This document shows positions 26,407-35,446 of a DNA stretch of 40,859 nt, piece after piece (within the stretch, counting starts at the first letter, position 1; each line of letters opens with the position of its first letter). The position numbers and the translations under genes were made by a program. The notes beneath the pieces were generated by a model. That model saw nothing but the letters and a program-made list of their open reading frames with translations, searched no databases and was not told where the DNA came from. The stretch is from an uncultured Candidatus Saccharibacteria bacterium. GTDB lineage: Bacteria; Patescibacteriota; Minisyncoccia; Phycocordibacterales; UBA2163. The stretch covers positions 1-40,859 of the forward strand of contig CAZNQQ010000001.1 in NCBI GenBank assembly GCA_964575575.1. The letters run 5' to 3'.

Positions 26407-27327
26407 TTATTCTTCTGTTGTTTCTAATACAACATCTTCTTTAGTGGTAATCTGAGTGATTGCAGATCTCATACTGACGACTGGTGTGAACAGTGCAGTC
26501 TTCCCTGTTCCGTTTCCAGTTGATATACCGACTACTTCGCCAAATATATCAATAAGTGGACTTCCTGCGACAACTTCCTTTTCGTCAATGCTTGTTTTTA
26601 TTAGTGATAATACTTTTATAGTTTCTGGTTGAACTTCTTCTGTAGTGTCTTCTTCTCCTTCAGCTGGTAGATCTTCGTTTGGTATTACTACATCTTCTTC
26701 AATAAGCCCAGAGACGATACCTATAGCAACGTCAGTTCTTTCTTCTCCTGTTAGGGACAGTATTGTTTGCCCTAACTTGAAAGAAGTGTGTTTTGCAAGT
26801 TCAACTGATGGGAATATAACCTCATCTCCTTCTGGCACATTGACTGACAAAAACGTAGCTGGTTCAGACCCTTCTGTCTCTACGACGTCTGAACTAAATG
26901 TATCTCCTGAAGCTGTATCTACTATATATGTAAGACTGTTTTGTATTACAGAAGGGTCAGTTGCTATGATTCCGTCGCGAGAGACTATAACACCAAGACC
27001 TAGAAGCGCGCCTTTGCTTTCGTCTTCAAGAGCTCCGTATATGCGTACTACGCTTTTTGAATTCTTGTTTATAGAGTCTGTTATCAGATCTTCTTCTTTA
27101 ACTACTACTGTAGTTTCTTTAGTGATAACGCTCGCGCCCTGACTAGAATCGTCTGTTACTACACGCTCTACAGTACGCTCAACAACGCGGTTAAGTGTCT
27201 GTGTCATTGCAGGTGGCGCCTGATCCATCAGAGTTACAGTAACGATACCTGTCGCAATAGATGTTACAAAACTCACAAGAAGCGTGAGCATAACTATCTG
27301 CATTTTTGTTAGCTTTTCTATGTCCAT
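26407..27327 (-). CDS. Membrane-anchored trypsin-like (HtrA/S1C-like) peptidase-fold protein, probably catalytically inactive
   Basis: N-terminal TM. LGLGVIVSRDGIIATD aligns to the HtrA His-box, but the His is absent. The AGSPLIDIFGEVVGIS Ser-box is degenerate relative to GNSGGPL. An acidic linker is present. Confidence 0.35.
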   Translation of the reverse strand: MDIEKLTKMQIVMLTLLVSFVTSIATGIVTVTLMDQAPPAMTQTLNRVVERTVERVVTDDSSQGASVITKETTVVVKEEDLITDSINKNSKSVVRIYGALEDESKGALLGLGVIVSRDGIIATDPSVIQNSLTYIVDTASGDTFSSDVVETEGSEPATFLSVNVPEGDEVIFPSVELAKHTSFKLGQTILSLTGEERTDVAIGIVSGLIEEDVVIPNEDLPAEGEEDTTEEVQPETIKVLSLIKTSIDEKEVVAGSPLIDIFGEVVGISTGNGTGKTALFTPVVSMRSAITQITTKEDVVLETTEE

Positions 27328-27458
27328 AGTTGATACTATTATAACGAACTAAACGAACTCTATCAAGGAATAGTGTGTAAAACCTTGCATTTATTTAAAC
27401 ATCCACTTCCCTATCAAAGTTCCCCAAACAATAGCACGAATATTTGTCTATGTCAAAA

Positions 27459-28619
27459 TTATTTTGAATATTTTTTGATAGATTCATTTAGTATTTTTAT
27501 GACATAATCAATATCTTTTTTTGTCGTATCTTTCCCTAAAGAAAAGCGTAGTGAATTTTTAGAACGTTCTTTACTATACCCTAGTGTTCGTATTACATAC
27601 GAACCTTCGTCTTCATAATCCTCTTTACAAGCACTCTTTGTACTGCACGCTATACCCTTGCTATCAAGTACAACAGTCAAAAACTCCCCGTCTATATTTG
27701 GAATATAAATATTTACATTATTTGGAGACCTTTCTTCCCTACTTCCATTAAGCTCTGCTTCTGGGATTTTGTTATTGAGTTCGTCTATAAAATAATCTCT
27801 AAGTTTTGTAACTCTGTCTGTCTCACTCTCTCTATTCTTCTCCGCAAGCTCAAGCGCTTTTGCAAAGCCTACAATAAGCGGAATGTTTTCTGTACCTGCT
27901 TTTGTTATTTTGATATCTTTCTTCTTGAACAAACATCCAACACCTTTTGGCCCATACATCTTATGTCCGCCGAGTGTCATCAGGTCTACTCCGAGCTTTA
28001 GTATGTTCAGTGGAAGATACAAAGGCGCTTGCGATGCGTCTGTATGAAAGTAAATCTCTGAGTTGTACTCTTTCTTCTTACTTCTCACAGATTTTGCGAT
28101 TTCTGATATAGGTTGAATAGTTCCTATCTCGTTGTTTATATACATTATAGACACTAGTATTGTGTTTTCTTTTATGGCTTCTCGTACATCTTTCGGATTC
28201 ACTACCCCAGTCTCGTCTACACCAACATATGTCACATCAAGACCTCTTTTCTCAAGAGCTTTGAATACTTCAAGTACTGACGGGTGCTCTATAGTACTTG
28301 TTACAGCGTGCATATTTTTAATATCGTTTATAATACCTAGAATTGCTAAAGTGTTGGACTCTGTACCACCTGATGTAAACACTATTTCTTCGCTTCGTGC
28401 ATTTAATATGTCTGCCACGCTTTTACGTGCATTGCCCAGTGCTTGTTTTGCTTTGACTCCTTCTTGATGTATAGAATTTGCATTGCCAAAGTCGTCCGTA
28501 AAATACGGCATCATTGCTTTTAGCACCTCTCTATCTACAGGAGTAGACGCAACATAGTCTAAATATATCCTGTCTTTATTATTCCTTACTTTTTGTTTCC
28601 AAAACATAATTAACTGCAT
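27459..28619 (-). CDS. Cysteine desulfurase (NifS/IscS, class V aminotransferase)
   Basis: RIYLDYVASTPVD N-terminus, PLP-lysine motif GGHKMYGPKGVGCLF and active-site Cys in STKSACK. The start is assigned to ATG 28619 (alternative 28607). The ORF-track TTG at 28646 lies inside the divergent promoter. Confidence 0.85.
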   Translation of the reverse strand: MQLIMFWKQKVRNNKDRIYLDYVASTPVDREVLKAMMPYFTDDFGNANSIHQEGVKAKQALGNARKSVADILNARSEEIVFTSGGTESNTLAILGIINDIKNMHAVTSTIEHPSVLEVFKALEKRGLDVTYVGVDETGVVNPKDVREAIKENTILVSIMYINNEIGTIQPISEIAKSVRSKKKEYNSEIYFHTDASQAPLYLPLNILKLGVDLMTLGGHKMYGPKGVGCLFKKKDIKITKAGTENIPLIVGFAKALELAEKNRESETDRVTKLRDYFIDELNNKIPEAELNGSREERSPNNVNIYIPNIDGEFLTVVLDSKGIACSTKSACKEDYEDEGSYVIRTLGYSKERSKNSLRFSLGKDTTKKDIDYVIKILNESIKKYSK

Positions 28620-28640
28620 TGTAACGTGTGAATTAGTTTT

Positions 28641-28669
28641 TTGCAAAAATGGCGTTTTAGTTGTATAAT
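28641..28669 (+). promoter_or_regulatory. Sigma-70 promoter TTGCAA-N17-TATAAT for the 28691 membrane-protein / infB operon
   Basis: TTGCAAaaatggcgttttagttgTATAAT. It places the TSS downstream of the ORF-track TTG start at 28661. Confidence 0.45.
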
Positions 28670-28690
28670 CTAAGCTTATGTATTATCTAT

Positions 28691-29176
28691 ATGCCTTTTG
28701 ATATTTCAACAATTTTAGATCCTATATATTTAATATATGCGCTAGGCGCTGTTTTAATTTTTCTTGTTGTATGGATAATGCAACTTGAGAAAAAGCTCAA
28801 AAACTTTACAAGAGGCAAGAACGGTAAGAGTTTAGAGGAATCAATGGTTATGCTAAAAAGCGGCCAAGACGATCTAATAGACTTCCGCAAGGATATGGAG
28901 CAGTACCTCACAGAAGTAGAAAAAAGACTAAGACGAAGCACGCAAAGCATAGAGACGATACGCTTTAACCCTTTTAAAGGCTCGGGTGCAGGAGGCAACC
29001 AAAGCTTTGCGACAGCGTTCTTAGACGAGAACGGCGACGGACTTATCCTCTCTAGCCTTTATGCAAGAGACAGAGTAAGTATATTCTCAAAACAGATAAA
29101 GAATTTTAAATCAGAGATTGAACTATCTGAAGAAGAGAAAAAAGTAATAGAAAATGCCAAAGGAAAACACAAATAA
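28691..29176 (+). CDS. Hypothetical membrane protein (N-terminal TM, coiled-coil, then a Gly-rich conserved core), immediately upstream of and overlapping infB
   Basis: MPFDISTILDPIYLIYALGAVLIFLVVWIM...IRFNPFKGSGAGGNQSFATAFLDENGDGLILSSLYARDRVSIFSK. Its 3' end overlaps the infB start by 23 nt. Confidence 0.55.
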   Translation: MPFDISTILDPIYLIYALGAVLIFLVVWIMQLEKKLKNFTRGKNGKSLEESMVMLKSGQDDLIDFRKDMEQYLTEVEKRLRRSTQSIETIRFNPFKGSGAGGNQSFATAFLDENGDGLILSSLYARDRVSIFSKQIKNFKSEIELSEEEKKVIENAKGKHK

Positions 29177-30638
29177 AAAAATACAAAGACCGCCTGTTAT
29201 AGTAGTAATGGGACACATCGACCACGGCAAGTCGGCGCTTCTTGACTATATCCGTAAAACTAACATTGTAGAAAGTGAGTCTGGAGGTATCACACAGCAT
29301 ATCTCAGCGTATGAACTCACACACAAAGACAAGCGGATAACATTCTTAGACACACCTGGGCACGAAGCATTTAAAAAGATGCGTTCTCGTGGAGCAGAAG
29401 TCGCAGACATTGCGGTGCTTGTAGTATCTGCAGAGGAAGGCGTAAAGGCTCAAACTCTAGAAGCGCTAAAGTGTATACGCGAAAGTAAAACTCCATTTAT
29501 AGTTGCTATCAACAAGATAGACAAACCACAAGCAAATGTTGAAAAAATTAAAAACAACCTTCTAGAAAACGAAATCTATCTAGAAGGGTTGGGTGGTGAC
29601 GTACCGTTCGTACCAGTATCAGCTAAGACCGGTGAAGGTATACCAGAGCTTTTGGACATGATGCTATTAGTTGCTGACCTAGAAGAGCTTTCAGGTGACA
29701 TAGCTAAGAATGCAGAAGGTATAGTAATAGAATCAAACCTAGACCAAAAGAAAGGTATCTCTGCATCACTTGTTATAAAAGACGGGACACTTAAATCTGG
29801 AATGTTTGTAGTAGCTGGTTGTAGTATGTCCCCTGTTCGCATAATGGAAGACTTCTTGGGTAAACCTATTAAAGAGGCTAGTTTCTCTTCTCCTATAAGA
29901 GTTGTTGGTTTTAGTAAGGTTCCTCAGGTTGGAGCAACGTTCTCTTCATATGACAAAAAGAAAGACGCGGAAAAAGCAGTGGTAGAAACAAGCAAAGAAG
30001 ATAGTGATGTAAGAAGTGACGAAACCCAAAGCGAGCTGATAGAGCTGCCAATAGTACTTGTTGCTGATGTACTTGGTACACTCGATGCCATAGAGCACGA
30101 ACTTGCAAAACTCAAGAATGACCGGGTGAAGATCAGAGTTATCAAAAAGGACGTAGGGTGCATCTCAGAAGATGACATAAAAACAGCAAACGGCAAAGAA
30201 GGAACATTGGTCATAGGCTTTAATACAAAAGTTGATAAACAAGCACAGCACCTTGCTAACCGTCTTGAGATCGAAGTAAAGACATTTGACATAATCTACA
30301 AAATAAATGAATGGCTAGATGAAGTCATAAAGACAAGAACTCCTAAAATAAAAGTGGAGGAGAAAACCGGTGAAGCAAAAATATTAAAAATATTTAGCAA
30401 AACAAAAGAAAAACAAGTACTAGGAGGCAAAGTGCTTGATGGTGAACTTGCCTTAAAAGGAAATGTGAATATCTTACGTCGCGGTGAAGAAATAGGTAAA
30501 GGAGAGATAATAAACCTTCAGCAACACAAAGCAAACGTCAAACAAGTTACGGAGGGTGAGTTTGGTGCACAGATACAATCAAGAACGGAGATCGCAGAAG
30601 GAGACATGATCTTAGGCTTTATTGTAAAAGAAAAATAA
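29154..30638 (+). CDS. infB: Translation initiation factor IF-2 (short form lacking the long N-terminal domain)
   Basis: G domain [31 protein letters not shown] and NKID. C-terminal beta-barrel domains. Confidence 0.92.
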   Translation: MPKENTNKKIQRPPVIVVMGHIDHGKSALLDYIRKTNIVESESGGITQHISAYELTHKDKRITFLDTPGHEAFKKMRSRGAEVADIAVLVVSAEEGVKAQTLEALKCIRESKTPFIVAINKIDKPQANVEKIKNNLLENEIYLEGLGGDVPFVPVSAKTGEGIPELLDMMLLVADLEELSGDIAKNAEGIVIESNLDQKKGISASLVIKDGTLKSGMFVVAGCSMSPVRIMEDFLGKPIKEASFSSPIRVVGFSKVPQVGATFSSYDKKKDAEKAVVETSKEDSDVRSDETQSELIELPIVLVADVLGTLDAIEHELAKLKNDRVKIRVIKKDVGCISEDDIKTANGKEGTLVIGFNTKVDKQAQHLANRLEIEVKTFDIIYKINEWLDEVIKTRTPKIKVEEKTGEAKILKIFSKTKEKQVLGGKVLDGELALKGNVNILRRGEEIGKGEIINLQQHKANVKQVTEGEFGAQIQSRTEIAEGDMILGFIVKEK

Positions 30639-30644
30639 GTTATT

Positions 30645-30980
30645 ATGTCACTTAGAACAGAAAAAGTAGCAGAGTTAGTAAAAAAGCTGTCTGCAGAGTT
30701 TCTCTCTAGAGAAGCAGACAAGTCTTCTATTATAACTGTTACGAATGCAAATATTTCAGATGATCTGAAGAACGCTACTATATTTTTAAGTGTCTTCCCT
30801 GAAAACAGCGAAGATGCAGCACTTAACTTTGCAAAGAGAAAAAGAGCTGAACTTAAAAGATATGTGAAATCAAAACTACGAATGAAGCGTGTTCCCTTCT
30901 TTGATTTTGAGATTGATTACGGAGAGAAAAACAGACAAAGAATCGACGAACTTTCAAATAAAATAGTACCTTCTAATTAA
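30645..30980 (+). CDS. rbfA: Ribosome-binding factor A
   Basis: 111 aa with KH-like fold signature (..ITVTNANISDDLKNATIFLSV..). Classic infB-rbfA adjacency. Confidence 0.85.
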   Translation: MSLRTEKVAELVKKLSAEFLSREADKSSIITVTNANISDDLKNATIFLSVFPENSEDAALNFAKRKRAELKRYVKSKLRMKRVPFFDFEIDYGEKNRQRIDELSNKIVPSN

Positions 30981-31042
30981 TGATTCATTGTTAATATAGG
31001 TAAATAGATGATATAATTGCAATATATATCATTACCACCTAT

Positions 31043-31771
31043 ATGGGTATAAAATATAAAATAAACGAATCTTTTTTTGATACATGGAATTTAGAGATGT
31101 CTTATGTTTTAGGATATTTGTACGCAGACGGAAGCTTGCACGATATACTTAATATACGTGCTAAGTATATTAGAGTAACAAGTATAGACAAAGTTACAAT
31201 TAAACATATAAAGAAATGTTTAGATTCAAAACATAAGATTACAACCTTATTTTCATCTCCAGAATCTAATCAAAAAAATCGTTACGTGTTAAGTATTGGA
31301 AGTCATAAATTATATAATTCTCTTGTAAACCACGGTCTTTACCCAAACAAATCATTAACAGCAAAATTTCCCTATATTCCAAAAAAATATCTGAAAGATT
31401 TTGTACGTGGTTATTTTGATGGAGATGGATGTGTACACATTGAAATGGCAAAAGGGAAACTAAAAGAGAAGATCATTAAACGTCTTGTTGTAGTATTTAC
31501 AAGCGGTAGTGAAGAATTTTTAAATGGACTCTTAAGTGCTATCCAAAAAAATACTGGGATAAAAAATGGTAGAGTCTACACTAGCAATAGATCATTTCAG
31601 TTACGTTATACTACAGCAGATAGTGTTGATTTGTTTAAATTTATATATAAGAATACTAAAAAGCAGGATTTATTCTTAAAAAGAAAGTTTAAGAAATTTC
31701 AACAATATTTTAAATTACGTCCTGTACGGGTTGATAAAGGTGTTAGAAATATATTAGAATACATAAAATAG
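31043..31771 (+). CDS. Free-standing LAGLIDADG homing endonuclease (two LAGLIDADG motifs, single-chain type)
   Basis: Motif 1 LGYLYADGS and motif 2 RGYFDGDGCV, about 100 aa apart. Its own -10 lies upstream. The stop codon is 2 nt before the tRNA-Cys 5' end. There is no surrounding intron or rRNA sequence. Confidence 0.8.
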   Translation: MGIKYKINESFFDTWNLEMSYVLGYLYADGSLHDILNIRAKYIRVTSIDKVTIKHIKKCLDSKHKITTLFSSPESNQKNRYVLSIGSHKLYNSLVNHGLYPNKSLTAKFPYIPKKYLKDFVRGYFDGDGCVHIEMAKGKLKEKIIKRLVVVFTSGSEEFLNGLLSAIQKNTGIKNGRVYTSNRSFQLRYTTADSVDLFKFIYKNTKKQDLFLKRKFKKFQQYFKLRPVRVDKGVRNILEYIK

Positions 31772-31773
31772 AT

Positions 31774-31845
31774 GGCTCAGTGGCGAAGTGGTAACGCGAC
31801 TGTTTGCAAAACAGCTATGCGCCGGTTCGATTCCGGCCTGAGCCT
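31774..31845 (+). tRNA. tRNA-Cys (GCA)
   Basis: GGCTCAG acceptor / CTGAGCC, anticodon loop TTGCAAA and T-arm GCCGG-TTCGATT-CCGGC. Confidence 0.85.
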
Positions 31846-31874
31846 CAATGTGTTAAAGTAATACATACACCCAT

Positions 31875-31961
31875 GCCGGGATGGTGGAACTGGTATACAC
31901 GCAAGACTTAAAATTTTGTGGGCGCAAGCCCATGCGGGTTCGATTCCCGCTCCCGGCACCA
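31875..31961 (+). tRNA. tRNA-Leu (TAA), type II, CCA encoded
   Basis: GCCGGGA acceptor, anticodon loop CTTAAAA, long variable arm GGGCGCAAGCCCAT, T-arm GCGGG-TTCGATT-CCCGC and TCCCGGC-A-CCA. Confidence 0.85.
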
Positions 31962-31962
31962 T

Positions 31963-32035
31963 CCGCCCGTAGCTCAGTTGGTAGAGCAGCTCCCTCTTAA
32001 GGAGAATGTCGTAGGTTCAAGTCCTACCGGGCGGA
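31963..32035 (+). tRNA. tRNA-Lys (CTT)
   Basis: CCGCCCG-TA-GCTC-AGTTGGTA-GAGC and anticodon loop CTCTTAA (U33-CUU-A37). T-arm GTAGG-TTCAAGT-CCTAC, acceptor 3' strand CGGGCGG-A. Confidence 0.8.
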
Positions 32036-32036
32036 C

Positions 32037-32082
32037 AAAATGAAAAGAACCTTACATTTTTATGTAAGGTTCTTTTCATTTT
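32037..32082. terminator. Perfect 21-bp hairpin (bidirectional terminator) between convergent tRNA-Lys and tRNA-Leu(TAG)
   Basis: aaaatgaaaagaaccttacat-tttt-atgtaaggttcttttcatttt. A/T runs are built into the stem ends. Confidence 0.65.
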
Positions 32083-32083
32083 G

Positions 32084-32165
32084 TGCCGGGGAGAGGACTT
32101 GAACCTCCACGGATTGCTCCACTAGTTCCTAAGACTAGCGCGTCTACCAATTTCGCCACCCCGGC
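32084..32165 (-). tRNA. tRNA-Leu (TAG), type II
   Basis: Reverse complement GCCGGGG-TG-GCG-AAATTGGTAGA-CGC-G-CTAGT-CTTAGGA-ACTAG-TGGAGCAATCCGT-GGAGG-TTCAAGT-CCTCT-CCCCGGC-A. Confidence 0.85.
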
Positions 32166-32218
32166 AAGTTTTATCATACTAACACATTTTATTTTATTAT
32201 TTAAGTCCTCTTTAAAAT

Positions 32219-32257
32219 ACAAAAAAGAGGTAGTAGATTATAAAATCTACTACCTCT
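32219..32257 (-). terminator. Rho-independent terminator of the 32285-32740 lipoprotein gene
   Basis: 13-bp perfect stem agaggtagtagat-tataaa-atctactacctct, followed on the minus strand by CTTTTTTGTATTTT. Confidence 0.7.
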
Positions 32258-32284
32258 ATACGATACTAACTACACCAATACTGA

Positions 32285-32740
32285 TTAATTGTTCTGTACT
32301 GGGTCTGCACTTGCAGTTGCACTTGCACCAGTTGTATCTATGTCAAGATCTTGAGTCTTCCTGCCGTAATACCCTTGAACTGCTGATGAGAAAATACCTA
32401 CACCACTATTTAATATACCCTTAATGACACCCATTGTTGCTGCCTGTCTCGTAAACCCATTTAATACAAAGGTTGACTTCGGAGATACAGTATCATTATA
32501 AGGCTTACCTTTCTTATCCCAATATTTAAATTTTACATTTGCATTACTTCCAACTTCTGTTTCAATCTTGGAATAAAACTTCGGTAGATTATTTCCTATC
32601 TCCTTTGCTATTTCTTCCGGAACATCATCTCCGTGTGTAGTATTAAGCCTGTTGATACTAGATTTTACCGAAGTATGCACACACCCGACAACCAGAAACA
32701 CTACCAACATCAAATATATACAGCCCTTCGCGTACTTCAT
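32285..32740 (-). CDS. Hypothetical lipoprotein
   Basis: Signal peptide with lipobox LVVGC. 151 aa with no catalytic motifs. Confidence 0.6.
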   Translation of the reverse strand: MKYAKGCIYLMLVVFLVVGCVHTSVKSSINRLNTTHGDDVPEEIAKEIGNNLPKFYSKIETEVGSNANVKFKYWDKKGKPYNDTVSPKSTFVLNGFTRQAATMGVIKGILNSGVGIFSSAVQGYYGRKTQDLDIDTTGASATASADPVQNN

Positions 32741-32853
32741 AATTAACCTCCATTTCTATTCTATCAATATAATATTGTAAACAACTTCTCCTCTATTTAT
32801 TACCTTAGAGCACTATACACGAATATAGATATTTGTCAAGTAAGATGAGTGGA

Positions 32854-34335
32854 TTAGAATACAAACCTATATATCACTAGAGCTATATCTTTTATAGTAT
32901 TAAAAAACCCTGTAGCCACCTCATATCCATTTGTAGAATCAGCAAAACCTACAACCGACGCGGCTATCCCAGATGTATTGTTTGTATTATTTATATCAAA
33001 AGATTCTTCAGAAACTTCAATAGCAAGTGAAGTATCTGACGCACCGTCCTCAAGCCCTACATTTAAATCTTCGGGGATCGGTAGACCTTGTGCGCGAAGT
33101 GACTCCAATAAATTACGAAAATCTATCACCTCTTGTTGCTCGTCTTGTGTTAGAGCTTCAATATCAAAATCAATAAATTTATTGCAATAAATTTCGTTTA
33201 TTTTCTTTATAGTTGTTATATATACATAACCAGTACTTAGGTCCATCCCCCATGGCTCAAGAATATCTGACGCATACTTCTCTTGGAAAGTTTTAACAGC
33301 GTTAAAAGTAGTTGTGTCATAAAAACCTGTTACTTCCAAATCAAATCCTTCAAAGTCATTTAAAAATGTCTGAAGTTTTAATACTTCTACGATACTGTTA
33401 TCTGCCCCCAACTTTATAGGCTCAAGCAAATACTCTGAGCACACAACTTGCTCAACAGGTACTATAGTTTCTGACGTAGTAGACGCGACTTGCTCTACCT
33501 TCTCCCCCTCTGCAGGAAGTGATAACTCTATCCCACTTACTACATCGCCAAACCTATACGCAGCTGGTCTAAAATAATAAGCTGTCGCGGACTTAAGGTT
33601 AGCAATCGTCATAGAATGTTCTATTACAAATGGGTCTGCTTTTGAAGTTGATGTAGCATATTCCACAAGTGGTAACGCAGCTGAAGCATGAGAAGCAGTA
33701 TCATAAAACACCCTGCTTTGTGCTTGCAAGTTTGTATCCCAAGTTACAAGCGCTGTACTTGTAGCTACCCTTTCAACTTTCTCATTTCTTATTTTAAATG
33801 TGAGTATGGTACCTCCTCCTCCGCCACCTCCACTACTTGTGGGTGCCGGAGATGGATCTGGTGTTGGTGTAGGATCAGGATCAGGGTCTGGTGTTGGGTC
33901 TGGATCAGGATCAGGGTCAGGATCAGGTGTTGGTGCAGTTGTAACATTGATTGAACTACTACAACTTGCTGAAGAACCTCCAGAAGTAATAGATATAGAA
34001 GCTGTCTTAGTACCAGTAGTTGTATATGCTTTATTTACAGAACCTGTACTACCTGACAAAGCTTCAGTTCCAGACCATGAGAAGGTGTAAGAACCAGTTC
34101 CACCGGAAACATTGGACGACCAAGTCACAGTACCTCCTACAGTTGGTGTAGTTGTACTTACAGAACATGACACAGAAAGAGTCTCTGCATTTGCGGTATT
34201 GATTAATAAAGTATCGACCAATGGTATGAATGCAAACAAACCATGCAAAAATAGCCCGATTAAAAAACCGGTCGCTATAGCACCAAAACTAGCGCTAAAA
34301 TTCTTTATTCTTTTTTGAGATTTGTTGTACTTCAT
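32854..34335 (-). CDS. Large cell-surface protein: N-terminal signal/TM, PKD/Ig-like Thr/Ser-rich domain, (T)PDPD repeat linker plus poly-Gly, fibronectin-like middle domain, C-terminal peptidoglycan-binding (PGBD-like) domain
   Basis: TVTWSSNVSGGTGSYTFSWSG (PKD-like). TPDPDPDPDPDPTPDPDPDPTPTPDPSPAPTSSGGGGGGG. IVEVLKLQTFLNDFEGFDLEVTGFYDTTTFNAVKTFQEKY (PG_binding_1-like). Confidence 0.7.
   Translation of the reverse strand: MKYNKSQKRIKNFSASFGAIATGFLIGLFLHGLFAFIPLVDTLLINTANAETLSVSCSVSTTTPTVGGTVTWSSNVSGGTGSYTFSWSGTEALSGSTGSVNKAYTTTGTKTASISITSGGSSASCSSSINVTTAPTPDPDPDPDPDPTPDPDPDPTPTPDPSPAPTSSGGGGGGGTILTFKIRNEKVERVATSTALVTWDTNLQAQSRVFYDTASHASAALPLVEYATSTSKADPFVIEHSMTIANLKSATAYYFRPAAYRFGDVVSGIELSLPAEGEKVEQVASTTSETIVPVEQVVCSEYLLEPIKLGADNSIVEVLKLQTFLNDFEGFDLEVTGFYDTTTFNAVKTFQEKYASDILEPWGMDLSTGYVYITTIKKINEIYCNKFIDFDIEALTQDEQQEVIDFRNLLESLRAQGLPIPEDLNVGLEDGASDTSLAIEVSEESFDINNTNNTSGIAASVVGFADSTNGYEVATGFFNTIKDIALVIYRFVF
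33800..33950. repeat. Hexanucleotide tandem repeats (ggatca / gggtct units) encoding the PD/PT linker
   Basis: ggatctggtgttggtgtaggatcaggatcagggtctggtgttgggtctggatcaggatcagggtcaggatcaggtgttggtgca. The antisense ORFs here are artefacts. Confidence 0.7.
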
Positions 34336-34501
34336 AGTTAAATAAAAGCACTACAAAGAACAACGTTTGCGATACTGCAGATCCTAACCTGCATTTCTTA
34401 AAGATCTATATTTGTCATTACTTTATTCCTAAAACAAACCATAGTCAATCGGAATTACTAACCAAATGATTATGTTTAGCCTATGTCAATATACATAAAA
34501 G

Positions 34502-34527
34502 ATGTCCTTTAGAAATGTCCTTTAGAA
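34502..34527. repeat. Exact tandem duplication of a 13-mer (atgtcctttagaa x2) in the upstream region of the surface-protein gene
   Basis: gATGTCCTTTAGAAATGTCCTTTAGAAatgg. It may be a direct-repeat regulator binding site. Confidence 0.5.
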
Positions 34528-34544
34528 ATGGCTTTGTGTGGGCA

Positions 34545-34580
34545 ATAAAAAAGGGTAATAAGTTTAAAAGCTTATTACCC
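34545..34580 (-). terminator. Rho-independent terminator of the 34618-35232 lipoprotein gene
   Basis: Perfect 10-bp stem gggtaataag-tttaaaag-cttattaccc, followed on the minus strand by TTTTTTATTG. Confidence 0.7.
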
Positions 34581-34617
34581 TTTCATACAGTATTATATCT
34601 ATACATAAACTGTATTA

Positions 34618-35232
34618 CTAACTTGATGTTGCTATACCAGTTCCAGAAGCATTTACAGGTCCCAAATTGATATTATCACTCTGATTTTCCATCCCTGCTT
34701 TAATGATTGCTGCTCCAACTGCTGATGGTATAGTATATGTTGCTGCACCTATAACACCATCTGTAACTCTTGCCCAAATTGTCTTACCTACTTTTGTAAT
34801 CGGTCCGATAATTTGACCATTTGCATTATTATATAACACAAATGCCTGAAGCGTTGTACCATACTGTTTTCCCATATCTATCATAATTACATAGAAATTA
34901 CTTAGATCGAAATCGCTTTTCTCAAATAATCCTTTATTTGAGTCTGAAGCTGTCTCTACACCTCTTTTTACCAACGAAGCTTTATTGGTATTGCTTTCAT
35001 AGCTTATACCGCTACAATTTCCATTTTCTTCAGAGCTAGCACCTATATTAACATCATATTTAATTCTTTTCTTTGGTGCTTGTGTAGTAGCTAAATTAAA
35101 CGGTCCAGGAATCAATTTTCTTATATTAGTTTGAAAATTTGACCATGGATCTTTTTTCTTTTGATTCACACATCCTACAAATAAAAACATTACACAAACT
35201 AGTAACAACAAGCTAATGTGCTTCATTTTCAT
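34618..35232 (-). CDS. Hypothetical lipoprotein
   Basis: Signal peptide with lipobox FVGC. 204 aa, Gly/Ala/Thr-rich C-terminal half. Confidence 0.6.
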   Translation of the reverse strand: MKMKHISLLLLVCVMFLFVGCVNQKKKDPWSNFQTNIRKLIPGPFNLATTQAPKKRIKYDVNIGASSEENGNCSGISYESNTNKASLVKRGVETASDSNKGLFEKSDFDLSNFYVIMIDMGKQYGTTLQAFVLYNNANGQIIGPITKVGKTIWARVTDGVIGAATYTIPSAVGAAIIKAGMENQSDNINLGPVNASGTGIATSS

Positions 35233-35446
35233 ACCACTCCTCCATTCTCTTTTCCATTGAAAAGCAAAGTTAATATAAATATATATATTTCAAGTTCTAT
35301 ATAAAAGAACATTTAAACCACTAAATAAGCTACACGCAGATTACATCTTTATACCAATCCTGTCAAGAATTTTAAAAACAAACAAAAAGGCATCTTATCA
35401 TCCACAATGGACAACAAGACGCCTTAGAAAAATAAAAACAAAACTT

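Noticed and set aside
31777-31962. 61-aa minus-strand ORF
   Set aside because: It lies antisense across tRNA-Cys and tRNA-Leu.
33800-33950. Possible CRISPR array
   Set aside because: The repeats are 6-nt coding units inside an ORF with no spacer structure. No CRISPR-like repeat-spacer array was seen anywhere in the window.
33688-34090. Plus-strand ORFs with WIWCWCRIRIR / GSGSGVGSG translations
   Set aside because: They are antisense or alternative-frame readings of the PD hexanucleotide repeats within the surface-protein gene.
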